A stretch of 64,000 bases of DNA from Candidatus Micrarchaeia archaeon (GTDB lineage Archaea; Micrarchaeota; Micrarchaeia; Anstonellales; Bilamarchaeaceae). Every line of letters starts with the position of its first letter. Position 1 is the stretch's first letter. Positions 36,183 through 44,739 of this stretch are shown piece by piece. The stretch lies in contig JBAZMS010000001.1 of NCBI GenBank assembly GCA_041649555.1, positions 119,219-183,218 of the forward strand. Direction: 5' to 3'. The notes under the pieces are model-generated. The model had not been told where the DNA came from. It did not search any database and saw only the letters and a program-made list of their open reading frames with translations. The position numbers were made by a program, and so were the translations under genes.

Positions 36183-37190
36183 ATGTTTATAGGGCTTACA
36201 GGTGAAAACTGCTCAGGAAAGGGAACTGTTGCAGAATATTTGGGAAAAAAGAGTTTTTATTATATCTCACTATCAGATGTGATAAGAGAAGAGCTTGCAG
36301 CAGAAGGCATTGAAATCACAAGGGATAATCTTGTAAAAAAAGCAAACAAGCTAAGGGAAGAATTCGGCCCTGCAATCCTTGCAAAAAAAACAATTGCAAA
36401 ACTTGAAAAAGACAGAAATTACGTGATAGACTCCATCAGGAACCCTGCAGAAGCAGAGGAACTGAAAAAACTGAAGAACTTCTTCCTGGTTTATACCACT
36501 GCCCCTGAAGAAATAAGATTTGAGAGAATGAAAACAAGAGGAAGGGAAAACGATCCCAGAACTTTTGAGGCATTCAAAAAATTAGAGGAGCTTGAATCAA
36601 AAAACAAAGAAGGATACAAACAGAATCTTTATGAAACAGGAAAAATGGCAAACAAAACAATTGAAAATCACGGTTCTTTTACTGAACTCTATGACCGAAT
36701 TGATATTATTCTTTCTGAATTTTCAAATGAATTTAAAATGGACAGGCCGACCTGGGACGAATATTTCATGAACATTGCAAAACAGGTTGCAACAAGATCA
36801 AACTGCGTGAAAAGAAAGGTTGCAGCAATTATTATAAAGGATAAAAGAATTATATCAACAGGTTACAATGGAACGCCGCGAGGCACAAAAAACTGCAATG
36901 AGGGCGGATGTCCAAGATGCAATAATTTTTCAGACAGCGGAAAAAACCTTGATGAATGCCTATGCGCACACGGAGAAGAAAATGCAATCGTTCAGGCAGC
37001 ATACCATGGCATAAGCATTAACGGAGGGATATTATATACAACCTTTTCACCCTGCCTTTACTGCTCAAGAATGATAATTAATTCAGGAATAAAAGAAGTG
37101 GTCTATAACTCAAAATATCCAATGTCAGAAACCCCGTTTAAACTTTTAAAAGAAGCAGGAGTAATCGTAAGGGCAATAGATGAAAAATAA
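36183..37190 (+). CDS. Fusion protein: N-terminal P-loop nucleotide kinase (UPF0200/dephospho-CoA-kinase-like) and C-terminal dCMP deaminase
   Basis: N-terminal GLTGENCSGKGTVAEYL, IDSIRNPAEAEEL and RFERMKTRGRENDP. C-terminal zinc motifs CAHGEENAI and SPCLYCSRMI (HAE/PCxxC of the cytidine/dCMP deaminase fold). Confidence 0.85.
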   Translation: MFIGLTGENCSGKGTVAEYLGKKSFYYISLSDVIREELAAEGIEITRDNLVKKANKLREEFGPAILAKKTIAKLEKDRNYVIDSIRNPAEAEELKKLKNFFLVYTTAPEEIRFERMKTRGRENDPRTFEAFKKLEELESKNKEGYKQNLYETGKMANKTIENHGSFTELYDRIDIILSEFSNEFKMDRPTWDEYFMNIAKQVATRSNCVKRKVAAIIIKDKRIISTGYNGTPRGTKNCNEGGCPRCNNFSDSGKNLDECLCAHGEENAIVQAAYHGISINGGILYTTFSPCLYCSRMIINSGIKEVVYNSKYPMSETPFKLLKEAGVIVRAIDEK

Positions 37191-37208
37191 TCTGCAATCA
37201 ATAATAAA

Positions 37209-37472
37209 TTAGGTTCTGCTAACAAGTTTTGTTTCTTTTCTGCAAATCATAATTGATTGATCCGAATTTGGTTTCATTTCATCCATTTTAAACAAGTGTT
37301 CACATTCCATATTTCCCGGGCCATTACATTTTCTATACTGGTGCTCCATTCTAGAAAAAGCCCTGTCTCTTTCTTTTCTATAATCCTCTATTAAAATAAT
37401 CTGCCTAGAAAAAGGATCACCAAGATATTTGCATTGCTGTTTAGATATTCCTTTTTGTTCACAATGACACAT
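37209..37472 (-). CDS. Hypothetical Cys-rich small protein (87 aa)
   Basis: ORF only. Begins MCHCEQ and contains several further Cys residues (QQCKY, RKCNGPGNMECEH, IMCRK). Confidence 0.35.
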   Translation of the reverse strand: MCHCEQKGISKQQCKYLGDPFSRQIILIEDYRKERDRAFSRMEHQYRKCNGPGNMECEHLFKMDEMKPNSDQSIMICRKETKLVSRT

Positions 37473-37627
37473 TTTTATTCACCAACAACACCAATAATGG
37501 GGAGATGTCCAATCAAAATTGATTATTTTTCTAGTTTTAAATATATTTTTTTGATTCATAAAACCACATATTTAATAAATTAATATATTATGAAAAATTT
37601 ATAAATGGGTCATGAGATAATATTAAT

Positions 37628-37686
37628 GTGGCTGTGATGATACCGTCCCGGGCTGAATATGATGACCAGAGTAGCTGCTGAGCCGC
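37628..37686 (+). ncRNA. C/D-box sRNA (2'-O-methylation guide)
   Basis: Terminal stem GTGGC/GCCGC. Order is C box GUGAUGA (37634-37640), 12-nt guide TACCGTCCCGGG, D' CUGA (37653-37656), C' AUGAUGA (37659-37665), 12-nt guide CCAGAGTAGCTG, D CUGA (37678-37681). This is the canonical archaeal 12-nt spacing. Intergenic. Confidence 0.85.
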
Positions 37687-37704
37687 AATAGAGATGATAA
37701 AAAA

Positions 37705-38310
37705 ATGGTTGAGGAAAACAGAAAAATCTCAGAAGTAATAAACTCTGTAAATCTTGCATTAGATAGGTATGATGATATCTTTTCAGATTTTGACCCTTCA
37801 CCATACAGCAAGAGAACAATATCAGATGATTTTACAAGAGAGATACAAAAAAGATACACTGAAAATAAAAAGGGAAAATTTGAAGTAATATTCTCCCTCC
37901 CAAAACAGAAGAGAGATAGTAAATTAGAAGAAACAATAAAAAAAAGAATCAAAGAGCACTACAAAAATAAAGTAAAAGAAACTAGTGAAAAAATAGAAAA
38001 ATTTCAAAATAAAGGCATGCACAGAATCTTTTTCGGAGTCAGTTTTGTATTTTTAGGGGTATTGACAAGAATCTATCTATATTCTTTTTCCGAATTTATT
38101 GATATCCTAATCAGCTTTTTTGAAATCGCAGGATGGTTTTCAATTTGGACAGGTTTTGAATATTACTCTGACAGGCCGTCTGATTCAATTGAACAGAGAG
38201 AATTTTATAAAAAGTTCTATGATGCAGGATATATATTTATCTCCGAAGAAGAAATTCTGCAAGAAATAACACAGATAAAAGAAACGGGTCAGCCAAATGA
38301 AAAAAGATGA
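37705..38310 (+). CDS. Hypothetical membrane protein (201 aa)
   Basis: Charged N-terminal half, then two TM helices (IFFGVSFVFLGVLTRIYLY, ILISFFEIAGWFSIWTGF). Confidence 0.5.
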   Translation: MVEENRKISEVINSVNLALDRYDDIFSDFDPSPYSKRTISDDFTREIQKRYTENKKGKFEVIFSLPKQKRDSKLEETIKKRIKEHYKNKVKETSEKIEKFQNKGMHRIFFGVSFVFLGVLTRIYLYSFSEFIDILISFFEIAGWFSIWTGFEYYSDRPSDSIEQREFYKKFYDAGYIFISEEEILQEITQIKETGQPNEKR

Positions 38311-39154
38311 GTTTATAGACTATCTTAATTCCTATACCGATGGAGAACTTGCATTTGAAAAATTAATAAACCAGAGAGAATTTTTCAGGATAAACACCCT
38401 AAAAACAACCCCTAAAGGTTTTTTGAAATTCTCAAAACTGCAAACAGCAAAAACGAACGTATGGGAAAATGCCTTTGAGTACCAGGATAAAATTCCGATC
38501 GGAAAAACATGGGAATACTTTTTAGGTTATCTGCACCCGCAAAGTTTGACTTCAATGCTTCCAGCCTTAATTTTAAATCCAAAAGAAAGGGAGGATGTTT
38601 TGGATCTGACTGCAGCTCCCTGCGGAAAAACAACCCAAATTTCTGCAATGATGAGAAATACAGGAGTAATTGTTGCAAATGATGTTCCTGAAAAAGAAAA
38701 ATCAATGTTTGGAAACATAAAAAGACTTGGCGCGTTAAACATTATAATAATAACAAAAGATGCAAAAAATTTCAAAATAAGGGAAAGATTTGACAAGGTT
38801 TTATTGGATGCCCCATGCTCTGCGCTTGGAGGGGAAAAGGCAGCACATCTAAGATACACAAAAGAAATGTCCTATTCACTATCCACGATACAAAAAATGA
38901 TGATATTAAACGCATTTGACTCTGTTAAAAATGGAGGGGAGATGGTCTATTCAACCTGCACATTTGCAAAAGAGGAAAATGAAGAAGTAATTCAATTTTT
39001 GCTGGAAAAAAGAGGAGAAGCAAAATTAATCCCGATAAAACTCGATATAAAAAAAGAAAAAGGGATTGATGGACTTGATGATGCAGTAAGAATATACCCC
39101 CAGCATCTAAATTCAGAAGGTTTTTTCATTGCAAAAATAAAAAAGGTTTTATAA
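38297..39154 (+). CDS. NOL1/NOP2/Sun family RNA cytosine-C5 methyltransferase
   Basis: SAM motif VLDLTAAPCGKTTQI and catalytic motifs LLDAPCSALG (motif IV) and VYSTCT (motif VI). Confidence 0.85.
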   Translation: MKKDEFIDYLNSYTDGELAFEKLINQREFFRINTLKTTPKGFLKFSKLQTAKTNVWENAFEYQDKIPIGKTWEYFLGYLHPQSLTSMLPALILNPKEREDVLDLTAAPCGKTTQISAMMRNTGVIVANDVPEKEKSMFGNIKRLGALNIIIITKDAKNFKIRERFDKVLLDAPCSALGGEKAAHLRYTKEMSYSLSTIQKMMILNAFDSVKNGGEMVYSTCTFAKEENEEVIQFLLEKRGEAKLIPIKLDIKKEKGIDGLDDAVRIYPQHLNSEGFFIAKIKKVL

Positions 39155-39589
39155 ATGAAGGTTGGGGAATTTAATAATTATTTAAAAGAAAGATTCGGAT
39201 TAGTTCTCCCAAAAGGAGCCCAATTTTCCTCTGATTCTGGAAGCGCAATAAGAATTTATTCCACAACCCTAAACAGCATAAAAATGGATTTCGGATTTAA
39301 AGGATTTGTCGCATACAGCAAAAAGACCGGAATTTCAAATGAATTTATACAAATTTTTGGAAAATATGCCCAAAAAAATCTTGTTTTCCTAAACGAAGCC
39401 GAAGCAAAGGAATTTACCTCAGGAAAAAAAATAAACAAAAAAATATTTCTAAAAAAAGGCCCAGTAATTCTAAAATATCTAAATCATATTCTGGGAATTG
39501 CAACCTTTGATGGAAAATTTCTCTTTCCTAAATTGAAAGAAAAAAGAAAAAGGGAAATACTAAATTCAATAGGCCAGTATGCCACCTAA
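39155..39589 (+). CDS. Small protein resembling the RsmF-type C-terminal (PUA-like) domain, encoded separately
   Basis: ATG immediately follows the TAA of the methyltransferase. The segment GPVILKYLNHILGIATFDGKFLFPKLKEKRKRE resembles the C-terminal module of RsmF-like enzymes. Weak call. Confidence 0.45.
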   Translation: MKVGEFNNYLKERFGLVLPKGAQFSSDSGSAIRIYSTTLNSIKMDFGFKGFVAYSKKTGISNEFIQIFGKYAQKNLVFLNEAEAKEFTSGKKINKKIFLKKGPVILKYLNHILGIATFDGKFLFPKLKEKRKREILNSIGQYAT

Positions 39590-39603
39590 AATTTACTGTT
39601 CGT

Positions 39604-40608
39604 TTATTGATAGCCAATACTATATTCCGGCCCGTTCGATGTTATTTTTACTGTTCCCCCTTCAAATGTCTCATAGACCGTCGTATTTGCCCATGCAAGC
39701 TGCTGATAAGTCGGATCCCGTAACACCGGATTGCTTGGATTTTTTATATTTAAATCCCCTGTCATTACTGCATATTTTGGCTCTACATAGCTCAAAAGAA
39801 TATTTAAATTTGCATTTCCAGTTCCAAGCCCGCTATATGGAACCTGCATTATTTCGCAGGCAAGCAAGTTTCCGTATGCATTGATTATATTTGCCTGAGA
39901 GCCATAAACACTGTCTGATAAAAATAAGATGCATGTTTTATCGTATTCGAGCCGTGATATTATTGCACTTGTATCCGCGCTTGGAAATTTTTCTTTTGAA
40001 GGATTCAATATTTTCAAATCTGCGCCATTAACATCAAAAAAATCATCTTTTTCAACAGTTCTCAAAAATACTCCTTGCTCTGTAGCAATCTGCAATAATT
40101 GATAATACTCATCTGAATCATAAATTCCATTCCACCATATCTCATTAACTTTATACTTCTCTAAAATTGCACTAAGTCCCCCCCAATGCTCATTATCATC
40201 GTGGGTTATTATTATAACTTCAAGATCCCCTGAAATTTTTCCGGAAATAAAATCCATCACATGCTTTTCTGATTCTTTTGAACCACAGTCAATAAGCATT
40301 TCAAATTCCCCTTTTTTTATAAATATTGCATCTCCCTGCATATACCTGATTTTTGTATCTATAAAATAAACCGAAAGAATCGAATTGGGGGTATAAAGAT
40401 AAGTTCCGTTTACATAAATTTTGTCATCGCTTCGATGCCCTGTTATAGTGCCGTTTATTTCCGGCCCGATTTTTATTGAAGTGTTTGTCTCTGTTTTCGG
40501 ACCTGTTGTTTTGTTATTTTCTCCATTTAAACCTTTTTCAACATCCAGATTTATACACCCTAAAAAAATAAACATTGCCAGAAAAACAATAATTAATTTT
40601 CTAATCAT
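39604..40608 (-). CDS. Secreted/lipoprotein MBL-fold metallo-hydrolase (ComEC-type beta-lactamase domain)
   Basis: Lipobox FLGC, then MLIDCG....IIITHDDNEHWGG, resembling the H.D.DH.GG motif of ComEC-type MBL domains. Confidence 0.65.
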   Translation of the reverse strand: MIRKLIIVFLAMFIFLGCINLDVEKGLNGENNKTTGPKTETNTSIKIGPEINGTITGHRSDDKIYVNGTYLYTPNSILSVYFIDTKIRYMQGDAIFIKKGEFEMLIDCGSKESEKHVMDFISGKISGDLEVIIITHDDNEHWGGLSAILEKYKVNEIWWNGIYDSDEYYQLLQIATEQGVFLRTVEKDDFFDVNGADLKILNPSKEKFPSADTSAIISRLEYDKTCILFLSDSVYGSQANIINAYGNLLACEIMQVPYSGLGTGNANLNILLSYVEPKYAVMTGDLNIKNPSNPVLRDPTYQQLAWANTTVYETFEGGTVKITSNGPEYSIGYQ

Positions 40609-42073
40609 AAAAAATCCCCTCTATTTTTTTTGCTATTTTTTCTATCTCTATTCTTTCCTGGCCCATATCATCCCTTTTTCTTAATGTTACTGTCCCATCT
40701 TCCATAGTTTGATAATCAACAGTTATTGCAAAAGGAATACCTATTTCATCAACCCTTGCATATCTTCTTCCAATACTTCCCTTTTCATCATAAACAATAT
40801 CAAATCTTTTTTCAAGCAATTTTTTTATCTGAACTGCCTTTTCTGCAATTCCATCTTTTTTTACAAGCGGAAAAATAGCAATATGGTAAGGCGAAACCCT
40901 TGCAGGCATGCTCAAATAAATCCGTTCATCCTGCCCTCTTTTTTCATTTTTAAACGAATTGTCCAAAATCGCATAAACAGTTCTGTCTATTCCGGCAGAA
41001 ATCTCAAAAACATGCGGAATGAATTTTTCCCCGTCTTCATTTACACTAAGGTCTGTTCCGCTTCCTTCAAGATGGCTTAACAGGTCATGGTCTCCCCTGT
41101 AATTATTTGCAATTAATTCAATCCATCCAAGCGAGGTCAATACTTCAAAATCCCATGTTTCTTTTGCATAAAATGCCCTTTCTTCTGCAACAAGCCCCCT
41201 AAATCTCATTTTTTCCAATGGAAACCCGTATTTTTCATATAATTGCTGGACTCTTGCAAGATAATATGCTATGAGTCTTCCTGAGACAATTTTTTCTGCA
41301 ACCGCCCGCCTGCAGGTAAATCTTTTTATTTCTTTTTCATTTGGAAGAACAAGCCCCAGCTCATAATTTTCAATTTCATTCCATTTATCAATCTCATCTA
41401 TTTTTTTTGGATTGAAAAATATCTCAGCTTCCATTTGCCCAAGCTCCCGCTCCCGCAAAAGGGTGTTTCTTGGAGCTATCTCATTTCTAAAAGCAGAACC
41501 TGCCTGTGCAATTCCAAGCGGAAGATTTTTTCGTGAAACCTTATACACCCTTTGAAAATCCAAAAAGATGTTCTGGCAGGTTTCAGGCCTCAAATATCCT
41601 TTTATCTCTCCGGTTGCGCCAATATCTAGCCCCATCATCATATTAAATTTTCTTACCTTTTCAAATTCTTTTGATTTGCATTTATTACAGCTTATTCCTC
41701 TGCCGTTTATTATTCTATCAAAATCTTCACAGGTTAATGATTCCGGGATAAGCTCTTTGGTTTGATCCTCTATTAATTTATCTGCCCTGTATAATGAATG
41801 GCATTTTTTGCATTGAACTATCGGGTCATTAAAAGACTGCAGGTGCCCTGATGCTTCAAAAACTTTTTCCGGAAGAATCTGAGCGCCGAAAATCTCTTCA
41901 AAATCCTCTTGCTGCACAAGTTCTTTTCTCCAAACATCAAGCACCTTGTTTCTTATCTTTGTTCCGATTGGGCCGAATTCCCAAAATCCTCCCGGGCTGT
42001 TTGGATAGATTTCTGCGCTTGGAAAAAATATTGCTCTCCTAAGTGCCAGATTTGTTATTTCTTCATGACTCAT
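40601..42073 (-). CDS. glyS: Glycine--tRNA ligase (archaeal/eukaryotic alpha2 type)
   Basis: N-terminus LALRRAIFFPSAEIYPNSPGGFWEFGPIGTKIRNKVL, class II motifs (FRNEIAPR, GIDR), and a C-terminal anticodon-binding domain. The ATG at 42073 with GGAG 8 nt upstream is preferred over the TTG at 42085. Confidence 0.85.
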   Translation of the reverse strand: MSHEEITNLALRRAIFFPSAEIYPNSPGGFWEFGPIGTKIRNKVLDVWRKELVQQEDFEEIFGAQILPEKVFEASGHLQSFNDPIVQCKKCHSLYRADKLIEDQTKELIPESLTCEDFDRIINGRGISCNKCKSKEFEKVRKFNMMMGLDIGATGEIKGYLRPETCQNIFLDFQRVYKVSRKNLPLGIAQAGSAFRNEIAPRNTLLRERELGQMEAEIFFNPKKIDEIDKWNEIENYELGLVLPNEKEIKRFTCRRAVAEKIVSGRLIAYYLARVQQLYEKYGFPLEKMRFRGLVAEERAFYAKETWDFEVLTSLGWIELIANNYRGDHDLLSHLEGSGTDLSVNEDGEKFIPHVFEISAGIDRTVYAILDNSFKNEKRGQDERIYLSMPARVSPYHIAIFPLVKKDGIAEKAVQIKKLLEKRFDIVYDEKGSIGRRYARVDEIGIPFAITVDYQTMEDGTVTLRKRDDMGQERIEIEKIAKKIEGIFYD

Positions 42074-42087
42074 AAATATCTCCAAAA

Positions 42088-42480
42088 TTATTTTTTGCCT
42101 TCAACCTGCAATTTTGGAGGAACCAGAGGAGGCGAAAGATTTAAGACCCTTGCAATAAGTGTTCCATTTGCGCTTCCCGTATAATTTATCGCGCTCAAAA
42201 GCGCAGAAGCATATTCAGGAGGAAGTTTTTTCTGGCCGTCTTTTTTCCAATTGTCTGCAATTTCTTTTGCAAGTTTTTTATCTTCTTTTGAATAAAGAAT
42301 TCCTTTTATTGTTATCCCTCCTACATCCTTTTCATAGTTTGCTATATAGGTATAATGTATCTCAATTTCCTCTCCTTTCACCTTTACATCTTCGAGTGTT
42401 ATATTTATGGAAAGGCCCTCAATTTTATTTTCTGTTTTTTTTGTTGCTTCAACATGTTCGATTTTTCCACCTACTATCAT
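42088..42480 (-). CDS. Hypothetical protein (130 aa), co-oriented directly upstream of glyS
   Basis: ORF ending 14 nt before the glyS start. No motif recognised. Confidence 0.5.
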   Translation of the reverse strand: MIVGGKIEHVEATKKTENKIEGLSINITLEDVKVKGEEIEIHYTYIANYEKDVGGITIKGILYSKEDKKLAKEIADNWKKDGQKKLPPEYASALLSAINYTGSANGTLIARVLNLSPPLVPPKLQVEGKK

Positions 42481-42541
42481 CTAAATCACCATTATAAATT
42501 AGAAATGATAATTTTAAATGCTTATTTTTTGAATACTAATT

Positions 42542-43375
42542 ATGAATAAATCTGCAAATCTGTTATTTTTCATTTTATTAATGGGGGTTTTCTTTTCAAC
42601 ATTCGAGATAAAAAGCGTTGATGTAACGATAATGCCGGATAAAGGCGGGGATGCTTATGTTCTTGAGCGGATAACTTTTCTAGTGCAGGGTGAAGAATCA
42701 CAGGCAACTTATCTTAAAGGATTAAGCGACAATACTCTTTCTTTTTGGTCTTCAAGTACAAAACTTTCAGATATCAGGGTCCACTTAAATTCAAAAGAGG
42801 TAAATATCGTTGATTTCAGAATAATCCCACAGCCCCTAAAAAATTGCAATCAGGCAACAAATACCTGCCTTGGGGAAATAAAGCTGGATTATACTGCAAA
42901 ACCCTATTATAACTCAAAATCAGAGCCAATAGAAAATACAGGCCTTTTTTATATTGAAAAATATAAACCAAGAACCATTAAATATTCCATAAATCCCAAT
43001 GCGCTCTTATTTGATTCTTCAGATGTCGAGCACATAATCAGGATAAATGATTACACCTCATTGGTAATAAAAACTCCCACTGCAAGCAAAGTTTTGGAGG
43101 CAAACCCGATTCCGACAAATCTTCCAAATCCCTCCTTTCCAAACTATGAAAATACTTATATTTGGAAAAATACCCTTCTTGTAAAATTTTCATTCATTTA
43201 TGAAGTTGAGCAAAGCATTGATGAGGAAATAGTGGAGTTCTTTTCAGGGCTTTATTCCGGATTTGGATTTTTAAGTTTGAGTACTGAAGCAATATCAATA
43301 ATAATTGTGGTTATAATACTCATAATATTCTATATTGCTCTTAATTCACTTGACAAAGAAAAGAAACAAAGGTAA
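42542..43375 (+). CDS. Hypothetical secreted protein with a C-terminal TM anchor (277 aa)
   Basis: N-terminal signal-like LLFFILLMGVFFS and C-terminal helix ISIIIVVIILIIFYIAL. Confidence 0.5.
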   Translation: MNKSANLLFFILLMGVFFSTFEIKSVDVTIMPDKGGDAYVLERITFLVQGEESQATYLKGLSDNTLSFWSSSTKLSDIRVHLNSKEVNIVDFRIIPQPLKNCNQATNTCLGEIKLDYTAKPYYNSKSEPIENTGLFYIEKYKPRTIKYSINPNALLFDSSDVEHIIRINDYTSLVIKTPTASKVLEANPIPTNLPNPSFPNYENTYIWKNTLLVKFSFIYEVEQSIDEEIVEFFSGLYSGFGFLSLSTEAISIIIVVIILIIFYIALNSLDKEKKQR

Positions 43376-43380
43376 TTTTT

Positions 43381-44739
43381 ATGCAATACCCCGGAGAAGA
43401 GGAGATATTAAAATTTTTAAAAAATAGAAAATCATCTTCAATTAAGGAGGTTTCACAAGGATGCAGTCTTAATCTGGATACTGTCCGCCGGGCATCAGAA
43501 TCCCTTAAGGCCAAAGGGTTAATCAGTTTAGAAATCATCAAAAAAGAAATTCTAATGGATTCTCCAATTAGAAAAGATTTTGAAAAACTCGGGGAATTCC
43601 CCGAAGATTTAATTTACAAAAAATCATTGAAAAAATTAAATGTCTCAGAGCTTTCAACTCAGGAAAAATCGTTTGCACTTCCATGGGCAATAAAAAAAGG
43701 CCTTGTAAAAATCGAATCCGGAAAAATAATTCCTGTTGCAGATGAGACTGCAGCCAGACAGATTCATCTTGCTTCTGCTGCGATTACCTCTTCAAATCCT
43801 CTAACCTCCGCCCAAAAAGAAGAGGGAATTCGAAGAAAATGGCTCATAAAACAAGAGGAAACCGAAGTCAAACTCACCCTAAAGGAATCAGGACCTGCTT
43901 CAAATCACCTAATTTTTGAGAAAAACAATAATTTTGATGTTAATGTTCCTGTAAAAAATGCCCTGCTTGGAAAAACTCATCCATTATCAAGAGCAATATC
44001 CAAAATGAAAGAAATATTTGTCCAGATGGGTTTTGAAGAAATGGAAGGGGAATATGTTGAAAGCACATTCTGGAATTTTGACGCCCTTTTCCAGCCGCAG
44101 GACCATCCTGCAAGAGAACTTGCAGATACCTTTTATCTTGAACACTCATTTCAGCTTCCTGATAATAAACTGGTAAATAAAATAAAAAATTCCCACCAGA
44201 AAGGATGGAAATATAAATGGTCTTTTAAAGAAGCCCAGAAAGCAGTTCTTAGAACCCATACAACCTGTCTTAGCGCCAGATATCTTTCAATGCTAAAAGA
44301 TACCCGCAAAAAATATTTTTCTGTAGGGCGGGTATTTAGAAATGAGGCAACAGATTTCAAGCACCTTTCAGAATTTCATCAGGTTGAAGGGATAATTGCC
44401 TGGAACAAGGCGACATTTTGCGACCTTCTTGGAATCTTGAAGGAATTCTATTCAAAGCTTGGATTTAAACAGATAAGGGTTAGGCCAAGCTATTTTCCAT
44501 ATACCGAGCCAAGTCTGGAAATAGAAGTTTATTATGCTCCAAAAAAACAATGGATGGAGCTTGGGGGGGCTGGAATTTTCAGGCCAGAGGTTACAAAACC
44601 CCTTACAAATGTTTATCCTGTTCTTGCATGGGGGCTTAGTCTTGAAAGACCCCTAATGATTTCACTTGGCATTGATGATATAAGAACATTCTACAAGAAT
44701 GATTTGGAATGGCTTAAATCAGTAAGAGTGAGAGAATGA
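43381..44739 (+). CDS. pheS: Phenylalanine--tRNA ligase alpha subunit (archaeal type)
   Basis: N-terminal wHTH repeats, HPARELADTFY, class II motifs VFRNEATDFKHLSEFHQVEG and GGAGIFRPEV. Confidence 0.9.
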   Translation: MQYPGEEEILKFLKNRKSSSIKEVSQGCSLNLDTVRRASESLKAKGLISLEIIKKEILMDSPIRKDFEKLGEFPEDLIYKKSLKKLNVSELSTQEKSFALPWAIKKGLVKIESGKIIPVADETAARQIHLASAAITSSNPLTSAQKEEGIRRKWLIKQEETEVKLTLKESGPASNHLIFEKNNNFDVNVPVKNALLGKTHPLSRAISKMKEIFVQMGFEEMEGEYVESTFWNFDALFQPQDHPARELADTFYLEHSFQLPDNKLVNKIKNSHQKGWKYKWSFKEAQKAVLRTHTTCLSARYLSMLKDTRKKYFSVGRVFRNEATDFKHLSEFHQVEGIIAWNKATFCDLLGILKEFYSKLGFKQIRVRPSYFPYTEPSLEIEVYYAPKKQWMELGGAGIFRPEVTKPLTNVYPVLAWGLSLERPLMISLGIDDIRTFYKNDLEWLKSVRVRE

